From positions 1 through 64,000 of the forward strand of contig JAVRCV020000039.1 of assembly GCA_034530615.2 (NCBI GenBank): a DNA stretch of 64,000 nt, written 5' to 3'. This document shows, one piece after another, positions 1 to 10,840 of the stretch (the first letter of the stretch is position 1; every line of letters begins with the position of its first letter). The stretch is from Aulosira sp. ZfuVER01 (GTDB lineage Bacteria; Cyanobacteriota; Cyanobacteriia; Cyanobacteriales; Nostocaceae). The notes beneath the pieces were generated by a model that was not told the DNA's origin, did no database searches, and was given only the letters and a program-made list of their open reading frames with translations. Both the position numbers and the translations under genes were made by a program.

Positions 1-433
1 GCTTACTTGGTCGCCACAACAGCCTCCTGCTACTGTTTGGGACGTTAGTTCTGAATTGATTGATGAAAGTGTGAAGTCAAAATTACAGTCAGATGAAAAG
101 TTAAATACAACTAACCAATTTGGTAATGTCATTAGAGGTTATGAACATATATTAGTAATACAAAAAATTTCTCAACCTACAGAAATAGCCGATGGCAAAT
201 GGAAAGTTGAAATGTTTGCCAATCAGTTAGTTTTTAATGGTTATGATAGGCTAGGTGAGTCAATTCATGTTAATAAACAAATTTTTATCCAAGCAATAGA
301 TGAACCAGTAGCTTCACTATCCAGCAAATCTATTCCATTACAATTAGCAGCTTATAAATTGGCTGAAGCTAAATTAAAAATTTATAAAATATGTGAATTA
401 GAAGATGAAAAATGTGCTGAAAATCCAAATTAG
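1..433 (+). CDS. Partial (5' truncated) VirB8-like conjugation/T4SS-type protein
   Basis: Frame is open from the window start (LTWSPQQPPATVWDVSSELIDES...). The C-terminus (ISQPTEIADGKWKVEMFAN) resembles cyanobacterial VirB8-like proteins, and the gene abuts a VirB10-like gene. Confidence 0.45.
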   Translation, partial: LTWSPQQPPATVWDVSSELIDESVKSKLQSDEKLNTTNQFGNVIRGYEHILVIQKISQPTEIADGKWKVEMFANQLVFNGYDRLGESIHVNKQIFIQAIDEPVASLSSKSIPLQLAAYKLAEAKLKIYKICELEDEKCAENPN

Positions 434-445
434 TTGCTTAACAAT

Positions 446-2083
446 ATGACTCAGTATTCAATTTATTCTGATAGTCTGCCACAGAATTTTGCTAATCCTG
501 AATCTGATAATTACTTATTAGAACCAGATATTCCTTTGCAAAATTTAGATAATACCACATCGGAAACCTACTCATTAGAAGTAGACTCTGATGATTGGGA
601 AGTACGAATGGCTAAATTAGTTGGTTTGGAAGCAGAATCTCTATCTGCTGATACCGAAGTATTAGAAGAATCAACTAAATTACAACCATCATCTGAACCA
701 ACGCAAGAGAAGACAGAACAATCACTATCATCAAATCCCTTTGCTAAGTTAGGCTTGGTAGGTACTGCTACATTAGCTGTAGTTTTATTTGCTGGCGTTT
801 TTTTATCACAGTTAATGAGTAGTTCTAATCAAAAGCCAAAAAACAATAATATTGTTGCTCTAGAAACGCAATCGCCAACAAAACAACAATCTAGAGAGCA
901 AGATTTAGAAGAAAATGTAGAGACTCTGAAAACAAAATTAGCTCTGACTGAACAAGCAGCAGCTGTGAAACTAGCACAACAACAATTTAGAAATGGAAAA
1001 TTGATAAAGGTTTCACAAAATTCACAGATAGATAATTCTAGATATGGACGCACGGTAGTACAAAGAACGCCAACACCTACGGCAACAGTTTACGTACCTC
1101 GGATAGTTACAGTTGAGCGTATGGTTAGATCTCCCTATTCTCAACAACCTGTTGCTCAATCTTCTGTACCACCCCAAGCGCTAATTAGCAATCCGCAAAC
1201 GCAACCATCAGTTAATGTAACTCCACCACCTATACCAAACCCACTTCAAGATTGGGAAAGGTTATCAAAGTTAGGTAGCTATGGACAGGTGTCTGTGAAC
1301 AATCAATCTAATGCGAATTTACGGACTACGGAAGAGGAAAATAACGATCGCACACAACAAGCAACAACAAACCCCAAGCCAGAACAAACACCAAAACAGC
1401 AAAATTCTATTTTGAGCCAAGGCTCGCCGCAGAGTCCAAAATCTATAGCAGTCGGGAGTCATGCCAAAGCTGTGTTGGCGACCGCTATATTTGGAGAAAC
1501 AAGTAAATCTACAAATGGCGATCGCACAAATGTATTTGTAGTCCGGTTAAAAGAACCATTAAAAACTGTAGATGGTGCGATCGCTGTTCCGGCAAATACT
1601 GAATTTTTAACGGAAATTAGCTCTCTTTCTGAGCAAGGCTTGGTACAGCTGAACGTAGTCAAAGCTATTTTGCCAACTCAAGGTCAACTCACAGAAAAAA
1701 GTTTACCCCAAAATGCGCTGATGATTCGTGCCCCTCAAGGTAAACCTCTAATCGCTAACCAATTTCCCAATCGAGGGTCATCTATTGCCAGTATGGATGT
1801 AGGACTATTTGTTTTAGGTGGTTTTGGCAAAGCAGCAGAGTTAGTTAACCGTACTGAATCCCAAGTTGTGACTACAAATGCTGGTGGTACTATCGTTAGC
1901 AATACTAACCCCCAACGCAACGTCTTGGCTGGAATTTTGGAAGGTGGTATGAACACTGTGGTTCCCCAAATTGCCCAACGCAATCAACAAGCAATCTCTC
2001 AAATGACTCAACGAACCAACGTTTGGTTTTTACCAGCAGGTGCAGCTGTGGAAATCTATGTCAATCAAGCTATGGAATTTTGA
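446..2083 (+). CDS. TrbI/VirB10-family protein
   Basis: Single TM segment (LGLVGTATLAVVLFAGVFL), coiled coil, Pro/Gln-rich linker, and a C-terminal beta domain ending WFLPAGAAVEIYVNQ as in VirB10. ATG 446 preferred over TTG 434. Confidence 0.7.
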   Translation: MTQYSIYSDSLPQNFANPESDNYLLEPDIPLQNLDNTTSETYSLEVDSDDWEVRMAKLVGLEAESLSADTEVLEESTKLQPSSEPTQEKTEQSLSSNPFAKLGLVGTATLAVVLFAGVFLSQLMSSSNQKPKNNNIVALETQSPTKQQSREQDLEENVETLKTKLALTEQAAAVKLAQQQFRNGKLIKVSQNSQIDNSRYGRTVVQRTPTPTATVYVPRIVTVERMVRSPYSQQPVAQSSVPPQALISNPQTQPSVNVTPPPIPNPLQDWERLSKLGSYGQVSVNNQSNANLRTTEEENNDRTQQATTNPKPEQTPKQQNSILSQGSPQSPKSIAVGSHAKAVLATAIFGETSKSTNGDRTNVFVVRLKEPLKTVDGAIAVPANTEFLTEISSLSEQGLVQLNVVKAILPTQGQLTEKSLPQNALMIRAPQGKPLIANQFPNRGSSIASMDVGLFVLGGFGKAAELVNRTESQVVTTNAGGTIVSNTNPQRNVLAGILEGGMNTVVPQIAQRNQQAISQMTQRTNVWFLPAGAAVEIYVNQAMEF

Positions 2084-2225
2084 ATTAAAAGGGAATGGGG
2101 AACAGGGAACAGAGTGTGTAATTAAAACTAGTTAGGTACTTAGCGATCGCATCCACACTCACCTTACCCGCAGCATTTCCGGTAAAATCAAGATCCTAAA
2201 GATTGTGGAGCGGGAGAAACTTGGG

Positions 2226-2948
2226 GTGTCTACACTCGGCGTAAACATTGACCACATTGCGACAATTCGGCAAGCACGGCGGACGGTGGAACCTGACCCC
2301 GTAGCAGCGGCGGTGCTGGCAGAATTAGGCGGTGCAGATGGAATTACCGTGCATCTGCGAGAAGATAGACGGCATATCCAAGACAGAGATGTGCGACTCT
2401 TACGGCAAACGGTGAGAACCCATTTAAATTTAGAAATGGCCGCTACAGAGGAAATGTTAGGAATTGCCCTCGAAATCAAACCTGATTATGTAACTTTAGT
2501 ACCAGAAAAACGCGAAGAAGTCACCACAGAAGGCGGTTTAGATATTGTGGGGCAAATTGCTAAAATAGGTGAGATAGTTGATAAATTGCAGAGTGCTGGC
2601 ATTCCAGTTAGTCTATTTATCGATGCCGAACCGTCACAAATTACAGCATCTGCCAAAGTGCAGGCCAAGTTCATCGAACTGCATACTGGGCAATACGCTG
2701 AGGCCGTCGATGAAACCAGTCGCAAGCAAGAATTAGCCGTGTTAGCTAAGGGGTGCGAACAAGCAATTCAAGCTGGTTTGCGAGTTAATGCCGGTCATGG
2801 ACTTACCTACTGGAACGTTTATCCTGTGGCTAGTCTTCCAGGGATGGAAGAACTCAACATTGGTCATACCATCATCAGTCGTGCAGCATTAGTAGGTATA
2901 GAAAGAGCTGTGCGTGAGATGAAACAAGCCATCCGAGGAGAACTGTAA
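2226..2948 (+). CDS. pdxJ: Pyridoxine 5'-phosphate synthase
   Basis: Motifs [47 protein letters not shown] start at 2226 likely. Confidence 0.97.
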   Translation: MSTLGVNIDHIATIRQARRTVEPDPVAAAVLAELGGADGITVHLREDRRHIQDRDVRLLRQTVRTHLNLEMAATEEMLGIALEIKPDYVTLVPEKREEVTTEGGLDIVGQIAKIGEIVDKLQSAGIPVSLFIDAEPSQITASAKVQAKFIELHTGQYAEAVDETSRKQELAVLAKGCEQAIQAGLRVNAGHGLTYWNVYPVASLPGMEELNIGHTIISRAALVGIERAVREMKQAIRGEL

Positions 2949-3037
2949 ACAGTTACATAAATAACTGTGTCAACGCTTAGAGGGGTCATGACTGCGAAAT
3001 CCAGAAATTGGGGACACAATCTTAAGCAAAGACTTCT

Positions 3038-3757
3038 ATGAGCGCAACACAATCTAACAGCCTGCCGCTTTGGGTACAGGATCGGGATAAAGTTATTGAA
3101 GGAAGTACTGGTGCCCAATGGCGCTATCAGACACCTCCTGATTATTCTCGGTCTAAAGAGAATTTGGCAAATGAAAGTACACGTAGTCATTTAGAGGGAA
3201 CCCTGGAAGCGATCGTGCAAAACCTGGTAAGAACCTTCGAGATGGAAGTGTCTTTCAAAACCAACCCACAACAGTGGTTATCTGTGGTCAATGACAGGTT
3301 TCGTGTAAGTACTAATGGAGGTTCAGAATACACAGCTACAGATTTATCAGCCCAAGGTACTTACAATTTATTTATGGCTGATTCAGAGCATTACAAAGCG
3401 TCTGCTGAAAGCTTTGAATCATCGGCTCAAATCTTCCACACAACCTTTCCCCAAGGATTTCCTTGGGAGGTTTTGGAAGTGTTCTCAGGACCGCCAACCG
3501 TCACATTCAAGTGGCGACACTGGGGGCATTTTAACGGTGCATATAAAGAGTATGCGCCAACTGGAGAGACAGTAGAAATTATCGGCATGAGCATTGCTAG
3601 AGTTACCGATGACTTGCGGATAATTTCTTTGGAACACTACTTTGACAATACGCTGTTTTTAGAGAAACTAACAGCTGGTGGCAAACTACCAATTAGTGAA
3701 ACCAAAGGAAGTGCTTGTCCCTTCAGTTCTTGGTTTAACAAAGTCAAGAAGAGTTAA
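3038..3757 (+). CDS. SnoaL-like / pathogen-related family protein (NTF2-like fold)
   Basis: Motifs FPQGFPWEVLEVFSGPPTVTFKWRHWGHF and a C-terminal CPF. Confidence 0.75.
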   Translation: MSATQSNSLPLWVQDRDKVIEGSTGAQWRYQTPPDYSRSKENLANESTRSHLEGTLEAIVQNLVRTFEMEVSFKTNPQQWLSVVNDRFRVSTNGGSEYTATDLSAQGTYNLFMADSEHYKASAESFESSAQIFHTTFPQGFPWEVLEVFSGPPTVTFKWRHWGHFNGAYKEYAPTGETVEIIGMSIARVTDDLRIISLEHYFDNTLFLEKLTAGGKLPISETKGSACPFSSWFNKVKKS

Positions 3758-3820
3758 TTTTTCTGGGTACAGTCTATATACTGTGCCCTGGAATTAATCA
3801 TTAGCAACCACAGGATCAAA

Positions 3821-4150
3821 ATGCAAACATACTATTACGTTTTGGCAAGTCAAAAATTTTTGGTACAGGAAGAACCTATTGATGAGGTTCTCAAAGAACG
3901 TACTCGTCACTATCACGAACAAGAAAAAGAAATTGATTTTTGGCTGGTGAAGCAGCCAGCTTTTTTAGAAGCACCAGAAATGGCAGAAATTAAAGCCAAG
4001 TGTCCTCAACCATCTGCTGCAATTATTTCTACTAACCAGCAATTTATTACCTGGCTAAAACTGCGATTGGAATATGTCATTACAGGAGAATTTCAGGCTC
4101 CTTCTCAAACAATTTCTGACCCTATAGCATCTCTAGCTACCGTATCCTAA
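3821..4150 (+). CDS. ycf54: Mg-protoporphyrin IX monomethyl ester cyclase accessory factor Ycf54
   Basis: YYYVLASQKFL..EEP..EVLKER, DFWLVKQPAFL, FITWLKLRLEYV. Confidence 0.92.
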   Translation: MQTYYYVLASQKFLVQEEPIDEVLKERTRHYHEQEKEIDFWLVKQPAFLEAPEMAEIKAKCPQPSAAIISTNQQFITWLKLRLEYVITGEFQAPSQTISDPIASLATVS

Positions 4151-4179
4151 TATACTGTTCATTAGGTGGACAAACTTAA

Positions 4180-4276
4180 ATGGGGCATGGGGCATTGGGC
4201 ATTGGGCAAGAAGGCAATAGTAAATGGTATTTCTTTCCTCCCCCCTGCTCCCCTGCTCCTTTGCTCCCATCTGGGG
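4180..4276. repeat. STRR-type short tandem repeats (TGGGGCA/TTGGGCA heptamers and CCCCTGCT octamers)
   Basis: tggggcatggggcattgggcattgggc followed by ccccctgctcccctgctcctttgctccc. Confidence 0.8.
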
Positions 4277-4293
4277 GAACAAAATATATTTTG

Positions 4294-4962
4294 ATGAAAT
4301 CTTTAAAAAAATCCTCTTTTATGTCTGAGACTGTTGTGCAGAGATTTCCGAATTTACCAAATGCTGTAGTATTAGCGATCGCAGGATTGATGAGTAGTAT
4401 AAGTTCTGTTACTGCTCAACAAGCTCTTCCTGTATGTCAGCCTCCAAGTGCTGGTGAGTATCTTTTATTGGTAGTCAGTCCCACAGCAGATAATCAGACG
4501 CAGCTGCGCAATGCCTTACCTCCTGAACTGAAAAGTACTACCTGTCAGTACTTAACAGAGACAGTAACGCGGATAGGGGGTTTTAACAAAATTGACGATG
4601 CCAATCGTTGGGCGAAATATATTAACAATATTGTTGGGTTATCTGCTATTTTGACAACTCGACCCGCAGATGTAGCTCCTGCTCAAACAGTGACCTATAA
4701 TCCTAAGGCACTAGGAGAAGGCTATGCTGTATTGGTTGATTATTTTAATCGCCCAGAACTTGCATCTAGTGTTGAACAAGTGGTGGGAGGTGATGTCGGT
4801 TTTGCTTCCTACGGACAACGCCCTTATTTACTGGCGGTTTACACAACTAATCAAAAAGAAGCTTACAGCACATTGCAAAAGCTCAACGAACGCGGCTTTG
4901 TTGCTTATCTAGTAGATAGCCGTAAGGTAATGCTATTGCGGTCAAATGTGCGTTTACAGTAG
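4294..4962 (+). CDS. Conserved cyanobacterial exported protein, possibly SPOR-like
   Basis: Signal-peptide-like segment (AVVLAIAGLMSSISSVTAQ). The ORF-track extension to 4180 is translated repeat DNA, so the start is more likely 4294 or 4321. Confidence 0.6.
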   Translation: MKSLKKSSFMSETVVQRFPNLPNAVVLAIAGLMSSISSVTAQQALPVCQPPSAGEYLLLVVSPTADNQTQLRNALPPELKSTTCQYLTETVTRIGGFNKIDDANRWAKYINNIVGLSAILTTRPADVAPAQTVTYNPKALGEGYAVLVDYFNRPELASSVEQVVGGDVGFASYGQRPYLLAVYTTNQKEAYSTLQKLNERGFVAYLVDSRKVMLLRSNVRLQ

Positions 4963-5086
4963 TTGAGTCAAGAGTCAAAAGGCAATAGGGGTGTGTTTGG
5001 TGAAATATTTAGGTGGTACTTACTGCCACCAAATTTCCCATAAATGACGAACAGAAATCGTCTATCTCACAAAAAAGTTCTCATCT

Positions 5087-5504
5087 ATGCCTGCTAAAGA
5101 TATTTACCATGATGCCGTAAGAAACGCTCTTTTAAAAGACAATTGGAACATTACTAAAGACCCATTTATTTTAAGATGGGGTGCAAGAGATTTGTATATT
5201 GATTTAGGTGCAGAAAAGCTGATAGCCGCACAAAAGAAAGGACAAAAAATAGCAGTAGAAATCAAAAGCTTTGTTGGTTCTTCTCCTGTAGCCGATCTAG
5301 AAAATGCTTTAGGACAATATATTTTTATACTACGATATCCTCAGTCGCTTAGAACCAGATCGTTGCTTGTACTTAGCAATTCGTCAAGAAACATACTCAG
5401 AATTATTTACTGAACCAATTGGTAAAATATTGTTAGAAAATCAGCGTCTTTGTTTACTCGTCTTTGACTCAGAACAAGAGGCAATTTTGCAATGGATACC
5501 TTAG
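5087..5504 (+). pseudogene. xisH: XisH family protein, frameshifted
   Basis: Begins MPAKDIYHDAVRNALLKD...IAVEIKSF...ALGQY. One extra T in the run at 5322-5326 shifts the frame. Removing it restores YYDILSRLEPDRCLYLAI...LLVFDSEQEAILQWIP* ending at 5504 and overlapping the xisI start. Confidence 0.85.
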
Positions 5505-5827
5505 ATAATTATTGCCAAATCATCCAAAAAATCTTAACGGAATACGCCCAGCTTCCCTATGCTTACGGAGAATTAGAAAGACAGCTAATAATTGACCAAA
5601 ACGCCAACCATTACCTACTAATGACAATAGGCTGGGAAAATAAACAACGAGTGCATGTTTGCCTAGTCCATATTGACATTATCAACGATAAAATCTGGAT
5701 TCAAAGGGATGGTACAGAAGATGGTATTGCCAACGAACTCATCAAAGCTGGAATTCCTAAAAATCAAATCGTTCTGGCATTCCAACCAGTAGATGTCAGA
5801 AAATATACAGAATTTGCGGTTGCTTAG
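5492..5827 (+). CDS. xisI: XisI family protein
   Basis: HYLLMTIGWE...LVHIDIINDKIWIQRDGTEDGIANEL...GIPKNQIVLAF. Confidence 0.93.
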   Translation: MDTLDNYCQIIQKILTEYAQLPYAYGELERQLIIDQNANHYLLMTIGWENKQRVHVCLVHIDIINDKIWIQRDGTEDGIANELIKAGIPKNQIVLAFQPVDVRKYTEFAVA

Positions 5828-5909
5828 TTTATTAGTTTGTCACAACTAGGTTGCCCTTTAGTGGCAGTTACTTTAGCACCTTTTACTATTGGGACTACTG
5901 CCTTCTGCA

Positions 5910-6377
5910 CTATAGGCTAGTAGCTAAGAAAGACCTCGCTAACAAAGAGATGGTTATGCCCAAAGCCGACCCAGCTATGACTTGAACTGGAGTGTGTCCC
6001 AGTAATTCTTTGAGGCGGTCTTGGCTAAAGTCATGCTTATCATCAAATAATTCATCAATCATTTGATTAAGAATCCGAGCTTGTTTCCCAGCAGCTTGGC
6101 GGACTCCTGCGGCATCATACATGACAATGATGGCAAAAACCGTAGCCAGAGCAAAATCAGGAGATGCCCAGCCGAGAGTTTGTCCTACACCTGTGGCTAA
6201 AGAGGTAACTAGAGCCGAATGGGCACTAGGCATACCGCCAGTTGTGACTAAAACACGTACATTTAGTTTGCGATTTTTTACTAGCTCGATAACGAGCTTC
6301 AGAGCTTGAGCAATCAAACAAGCTACCAGAGCAACCAGCAGCACCCGGTTGTCTAAGATGTTGCCTATGTCCTGCAT
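5910..6377 (-). CDS. Divergent PAP2 family (DUF212) membrane protein
   Basis: GGMPSAHSA, VMYDAAGVR, ELLGHTP. Downstream of crtE as usual. Confidence 0.9.
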   Translation of the reverse strand: MQDIGNILDNRVLLVALVACLIAQALKLVIELVKNRKLNVRVLVTTGGMPSAHSALVTSLATGVGQTLGWASPDFALATVFAIIVMYDAAGVRQAAGKQARILNQMIDELFDDKHDFSQDRLKELLGHTPVQVIAGSALGITISLLARSFLATSL

Positions 6378-6526
6378 GGTATTTTGGTGAGGTTAGTAAA
6401 TATTAGCAGTAGTTGTTTTTTTTGGAAACCTTTAGATGCGACCTGTGATGTTGAGGGACAAGCTACCCTACGGGCGATTATGTAGGCAGAATCCAAAATT
6501 GAGATGAATTCCCCGTAGGGGTTAAC

Positions 6527-7456
6527 TTAGCGATCGCGACTGACAATAAAATGAGCGATCGCTTTTAAAGGTTGCGCTGATTCTCCAAATGAATCTAATT
6601 CCGCACAAGCTGCTTCAATTAGCTGTTGAGCTTTGGCACGAGATTCTTCAATTCCCCATAGGCTAGGATAAGTTACCTTCTGCGCTTTCAAATCCTTGCC
6701 AGCGGTTTTACCTAATTGTTCTTGAGTAGCGGTGATATCGAGGATATCGTCCACAATTTGGAATGCCAGACCAATATTCTGTGCATACCGAGTCAATCGT
6801 TGTAAATCTTCCGGAGATACTCCAGTTAAAATTCCCCCACAAACAACACAAGCCTCTAAAAGCGCGGCTGTTTTATGGTTATGAATGAAATTTAGTGTCT
6901 CTAGGGAAGTATCTAATTTCCCTTCCGATTCGAGATCCACCACTTGACCACCAACCAAGCCAGCAGCACCCAATGCCCTACCGAGACGCGCTACTACTTG
7001 CAATACTCTATCTCTAGGAACATTTTGAGGAGTCTGGGTGGCAACAAACTCAAAAGCATAAGCTAATAAGCCATCCCCAGCCAAAATTGCGATATCTTCA
7101 CCATAAACCTTGTGATTTGTCAACTTACCCCGACGGTAATCATCATTATCCATCGCTGGTAAGTCATCGTGAATCAACGACATTGTGTGGATCATCTCCA
7201 CAGCACAAGCTGTTGGCATAGCCATCTCGATTGTGCCTCCAGTCATTTCGCAGGTAGCAAGGCAAAGAATGGGACGTACACGTTTGCCACCAGCTAACAG
7301 AGAGTAGCGCATTGCTTCATAAATTTTTTCTGGATACACGATGGGGATCGATTGATCCAGAGCAGTGTCGCAAAGCTGTTGTCGCTCTTTGAGATAAGCT
7401 GATAGGTTAAACTTGGCTGTCTCTGGTGTTTTTTTAAACTTATCAGTTGCTACCAT
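6527..7456 (-). CDS. crtE: Geranylgeranyl diphosphate synthase
   Basis: [34 protein letters not shown]. Confidence 0.93.
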   Translation of the reverse strand: MVATDKFKKTPETAKFNLSAYLKERQQLCDTALDQSIPIVYPEKIYEAMRYSLLAGGKRVRPILCLATCEMTGGTIEMAMPTACAVEMIHTMSLIHDDLPAMDNDDYRRGKLTNHKVYGEDIAILAGDGLLAYAFEFVATQTPQNVPRDRVLQVVARLGRALGAAGLVGGQVVDLESEGKLDTSLETLNFIHNHKTAALLEACVVCGGILTGVSPEDLQRLTRYAQNIGLAFQIVDDILDITATQEQLGKTAGKDLKAQKVTYPSLWGIEESRAKAQQLIEAACAELDSFGESAQPLKAIAHFIVSRDR

Positions 7457-7560
7457 TCTGAAAATTCCTGAAATTTTGGTATTTTTGTCATATACGTCAC
7501 AATTTTAAGGGGCTTTGGCACTCAAAGTGCGAGTAATTAAGAGTTAAGAATTAGGAATCA

Positions 7561-8451
7561 TCATTCATAATTGCTTATTCCTTCCCGCCTTAAATAGCTG
7601 GCAAATGTATTTTGCAACAACATAGCGACAGTCATAGGACCAACACCACCAGGAACTGGGGTGAGAAACTCCGCAACGCCAGCTGTTGATTCCCAGTGGA
7701 CATCGCCGACTAAACGACTTTTACCACTGGCATCTGTGACGCGATTCATCCCCACATCTACCACAACAGCGCCCGCTTTCACCATTTCTGAGGTAATCAA
7801 TCCCGGAATCCCTACTGCGGCAATCAAAATATCGGCATTCTGGGTAATGGCTTTTAGGTCGTGCGATCGCGAATGGGCAATAGTCACAGTCGCATCAGCT
7901 TCTAGAAGCATCAACGCCATTGGTTTACCCACTAAAATACTACGTCCCACTACCACTGCTTGTTTTCCTGACAGAGGAATTTTATATTCTGCCAATAGCC
8001 GCATCACACCAGCCGGGGTACAACTGCGTAAACCTGTTTCTTGTCGTACCAATCGCCCTAAATTAACTGGGTGCAGTCCGTCAGCATCTTTATCGGGATC
8101 GATTTGATTCAGCAATCTTACAGCGTCCAAGTGTTTGGGTAGAGGTAACTGCACGAGAATGCCATCTACCTGTTCATCTTGATTGAGAGTCGCAATTACA
8201 TCTTCTAGTTCTGCTTGCGTAGTTTCAGTAGGAAAATGTTTGCCAAAAGAAGCGATACCCACTTTGGCGCAGGCTCGCTCTTTATTGCGCACATAAGCAG
8301 CCGATGCTGGATTATCGCCAACCATCAGCACAGCTAAACCAGGAGGACGCCCAATTTGTGGTTGTAACTTTGTAATGCGCTCAAGAAGTTCTTGGTGAAT
8401 TTTTTCAGCTAAAGCTTTACCATCAAGAAGTTTGGCAGTTTTTGTTTCCAT
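7561..8451 (-). CDS. folD: Bifunctional methylene-THF dehydrogenase/cyclohydrolase
   Basis: [42 protein letters not shown]. Confidence 0.97.
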   Translation of the reverse strand: METKTAKLLDGKALAEKIHQELLERITKLQPQIGRPPGLAVLMVGDNPASAAYVRNKERACAKVGIASFGKHFPTETTQAELEDVIATLNQDEQVDGILVQLPLPKHLDAVRLLNQIDPDKDADGLHPVNLGRLVRQETGLRSCTPAGVMRLLAEYKIPLSGKQAVVVGRSILVGKPMALMLLEADATVTIAHSRSHDLKAITQNADILIAAVGIPGLITSEMVKAGAVVVDVGMNRVTDASGKSRLVGDVHWESTAGVAEFLTPVPGGVGPMTVAMLLQNTFASYLRREGISNYE

Positions 8452-8656
8452 AAGAATTTCCAGCTATATTCGCCTTGAGTCCAAAGTTCCACATCTAGCC
8501 ATTTGTAGCTTGGCTATTGACTATGATGGTCTTGCTATTTTATGCCGTAGCGTCGCTCAAACAGCAAATTCATACTGTCTTATCTTCTCAGATCGCCTGC
8601 ATCATCTCAAATAGGAATGTGGGGGATGAGGAATAAATGACTCTTGCCTATTGCCC

Positions 8657-8687
8657 AATGACAAATGACAAACGACAAATGACAAAC
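8657..8687. repeat. STRR2-like heptamer tandem repeat (AATGACA)n
   Basis: aatgacaaatgacaaacgacaaatgacaaac. Confidence 0.75.
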
Positions 8688-9065
8688 AAAAACATTTTTC
8701 CCTACCGCCTAGGATTGGCCTTTGTGCTGGTACTAGGACTTTGTAGTTGTGGTAACTTAACACAGTCCGGCTTGAACGTTGGTAATTTTCGCATTGGTAG
8801 TAACGTCACTCCAATTCGGGAAATTAAGCCAGAAAAAGACAAGCAGGCTACAGTTTACATCCAAGGTAAAGTAGAAAGGCAAGTGCCCCTAATGAAACGG
8901 TGGGCGTATCAAATTGATGACTCAACTGGCAAAATTTGGGTTATTACCGATCAAAATAAGTTGGCAAAAGGAGAGCAAGTTGTAATTAAAGGCAAAGTTC
9001 GCTATCAAAGCATACCCTTGGCTGGTCAAGAATTTGGAGAAATATATGTAGAAGAAGATTCTTAA
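8679..9065 (+). CDS. Putative lipoprotein with OB-fold-like domain
   Basis: Lipobox-like LCSC after a hydrophobic stretch; VYIQGKV...YQIDDSTGKIWV pattern. Confidence 0.65.
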   Translation: MTNKNIFPYRLGLAFVLVLGLCSCGNLTQSGLNVGNFRIGSNVTPIREIKPEKDKQATVYIQGKVERQVPLMKRWAYQIDDSTGKIWVITDQNKLAKGEQVVIKGKVRYQSIPLAGQEFGEIYVEEDS

Positions 9066-9095
9066 TGATGATGTGAACTAGCTATATAAAAATTT

Positions 9096-9527
9096 ATGAA
9101 CAATCATTCGGTACAGGTTGCGATCGCAATTCTCTACCAAGAAAACCAGTTTCTCATGCAACTGCGGGACAATATCCCCAGTATTCTCTACCCTGGCTAC
9201 TGGGCGCTGTTTGGTGGACATATTGAGCAAGGAGAAACCCCAGATATTGCCGTCAAGCGAGAAATTCTAGAAGAAATCGGCTATGATTTCCCAAATTTTT
9301 CGGAATTTGCCTGTTATTGGGATGACACAGTAATCCGTCACGTTTTTCATGCACCACTCTTGGTAAGTTTAAATCAACTGGTTTTAAATGAAGGCTGGGA
9401 CATGGGTTTTTTAACACCAAAAGATATTCGCCAAGGTAACTGTTATTCCCAAATCGCTGGTGAAATCAGACCTTTGGGGCCTATGCATCAGCGAATTATG
9501 CTGGATTTTATTGAAAGCAATCACTAG
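9096..9527 (+). CDS. NUDIX hydrolase
   Basis: Nudix box GGHIEQGETPDIAVKREILEEIG. Confidence 0.9.
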   Translation: MNNHSVQVAIAILYQENQFLMQLRDNIPSILYPGYWALFGGHIEQGETPDIAVKREILEEIGYDFPNFSEFACYWDDTVIRHVFHAPLLVSLNQLVLNEGWDMGFLTPKDIRQGNCYSQIAGEIRPLGPMHQRIMLDFIESNH

Positions 9528-9544
9528 TCAGTGGGCATTGGGGA

Positions 9545-9585
9545 GGCAGTGCGTTGGACGGGTTCCCCGGCTTAAAGCAACTGCC
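9545..9585. repeat. Small dispersed hairpin element inserted in an STRR tract
   Basis: GGCAGT...ACTGCC terminal inverted repeat with an internal hairpin, flanked on both sides by CATTGGG heptamers. Confidence 0.55.
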
Positions 9586-9727
9586 GTCATTGGGCAATAG
9601 TCAATGGAAATTTGTCATTTCGCCCCACCCTCTCCCACACTCCCTCATCTCCCTCATCCCCCTGCTCCCCTGCCTCTTCATCCCCAGAAGCCAAAATAAA
9701 CTTAGAGACTTTGTGTAGTTACCACTC

Positions 9728-10822
9728 ATGCAATCAGTAAACAAACTGCCGCGATGGTTAAGTATAGGATTGGCATTTCCGATTGCCATTCTCAATGGTT
9801 GGCTATTACTCCAAGTTGTGAAGTATTTTCAACCCCTGGTAAGTATTTTTGCTGCCGCCATCTTACTGGCTTTTGTGTTGAACTATCCAATTCAATTTCT
9901 TCAAGAACGCGGGGTAAAACGCAACCTGGCTATTGTAGTAGTTTTACTTTTGTCCGTGGTGATTTTAGTGGCTTTAGGTATCACCTTAGTACCGCTGATT
10001 ATAGAACAGCTCAATGAATTAGCTAATATTCTTCCCTATTGGATTGATTCTGCTGGGCAACAAATCCAAGCTTTCCAAAACTGGGCAGCGACACAGCAAC
10101 TTCCTGTAAATTTGACTGGTTTAGCCACCCAAATATTAGAGAGATTGTCTAATCAACTTCAATCTTTCACTGGCAGAATTCTCAGTGTTGCTTTCGATAC
10201 TATTGGTGTGGTTGTGAATGTGTTGTTGACAGTGGTGCTGACTGTCTATATGGTGTTAAACGGCGATCGCCTTTGGGATGGAGTTTTTCAATGGTTGCCT
10301 CCTCATATTGGCCCAAAAGTGAGGGAATTATTACGTGAGGATTTCCATAATTATTTTATTGGTCAAGCCACATTAGGTGCTGTGTTAGGATCGGCAATTA
10401 CATTAGCATTTTTGACGCTACAAGTTCCCTTAGCGCTACTTTTTGGAATTGGTATTGGCTTTTTCTCACTCTTCCCATTTGGTACGGGAATAGGCATCTC
10501 GATAGTAAGTTTTTTAGTAGCTTTGCAAAACATTTGGTTAGGCGTAGAAGTATTAGGTATAGCGGTAGCAATTGACCAAGTGAATGCTAATTTTATCGCA
10601 CCTCGGATTTTAGGTAATTTGACTGGCTTAAATCCCGTATGGGTAGTAATTTCTTTACTGTTAGGAGCTAAATTAGGCGGAGTATTAGGTTTATTAATTG
10701 CTATACCCATCGCCAGTTTTATCAAAGACATAGTAGATAGCTGGCGAGATGGAGCATTTAGTCAAATAATTGTATCTAATGACAATATCAAACATCCTTC
10801 TGCAGTTGAGGTGGGTGACTAA
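9728..10822 (+). CDS. AI-2E family transporter
   Basis: Multi-TM protein; PRILGNLTGLNPVWV...GGVLGLLIAIP. Confidence 0.88.
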   Translation: MQSVNKLPRWLSIGLAFPIAILNGWLLLQVVKYFQPLVSIFAAAILLAFVLNYPIQFLQERGVKRNLAIVVVLLLSVVILVALGITLVPLIIEQLNELANILPYWIDSAGQQIQAFQNWAATQQLPVNLTGLATQILERLSNQLQSFTGRILSVAFDTIGVVVNVLLTVVLTVYMVLNGDRLWDGVFQWLPPHIGPKVRELLREDFHNYFIGQATLGAVLGSAITLAFLTLQVPLALLFGIGIGFFSLFPFGTGIGISIVSFLVALQNIWLGVEVLGIAVAIDQVNANFIAPRILGNLTGLNPVWVVISLLLGAKLGGVLGLLIAIPIASFIKDIVDSWRDGAFSQIIVSNDNIKHPSAVEVGD

Positions 10823-10840
10823 ACAATTCATAATTCATAA

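Noticed and set aside
5087..5827. Heterocyst excision element (fdxN-type)
   Set aside because: No XisF-like recombinase or interrupted gene nearby.
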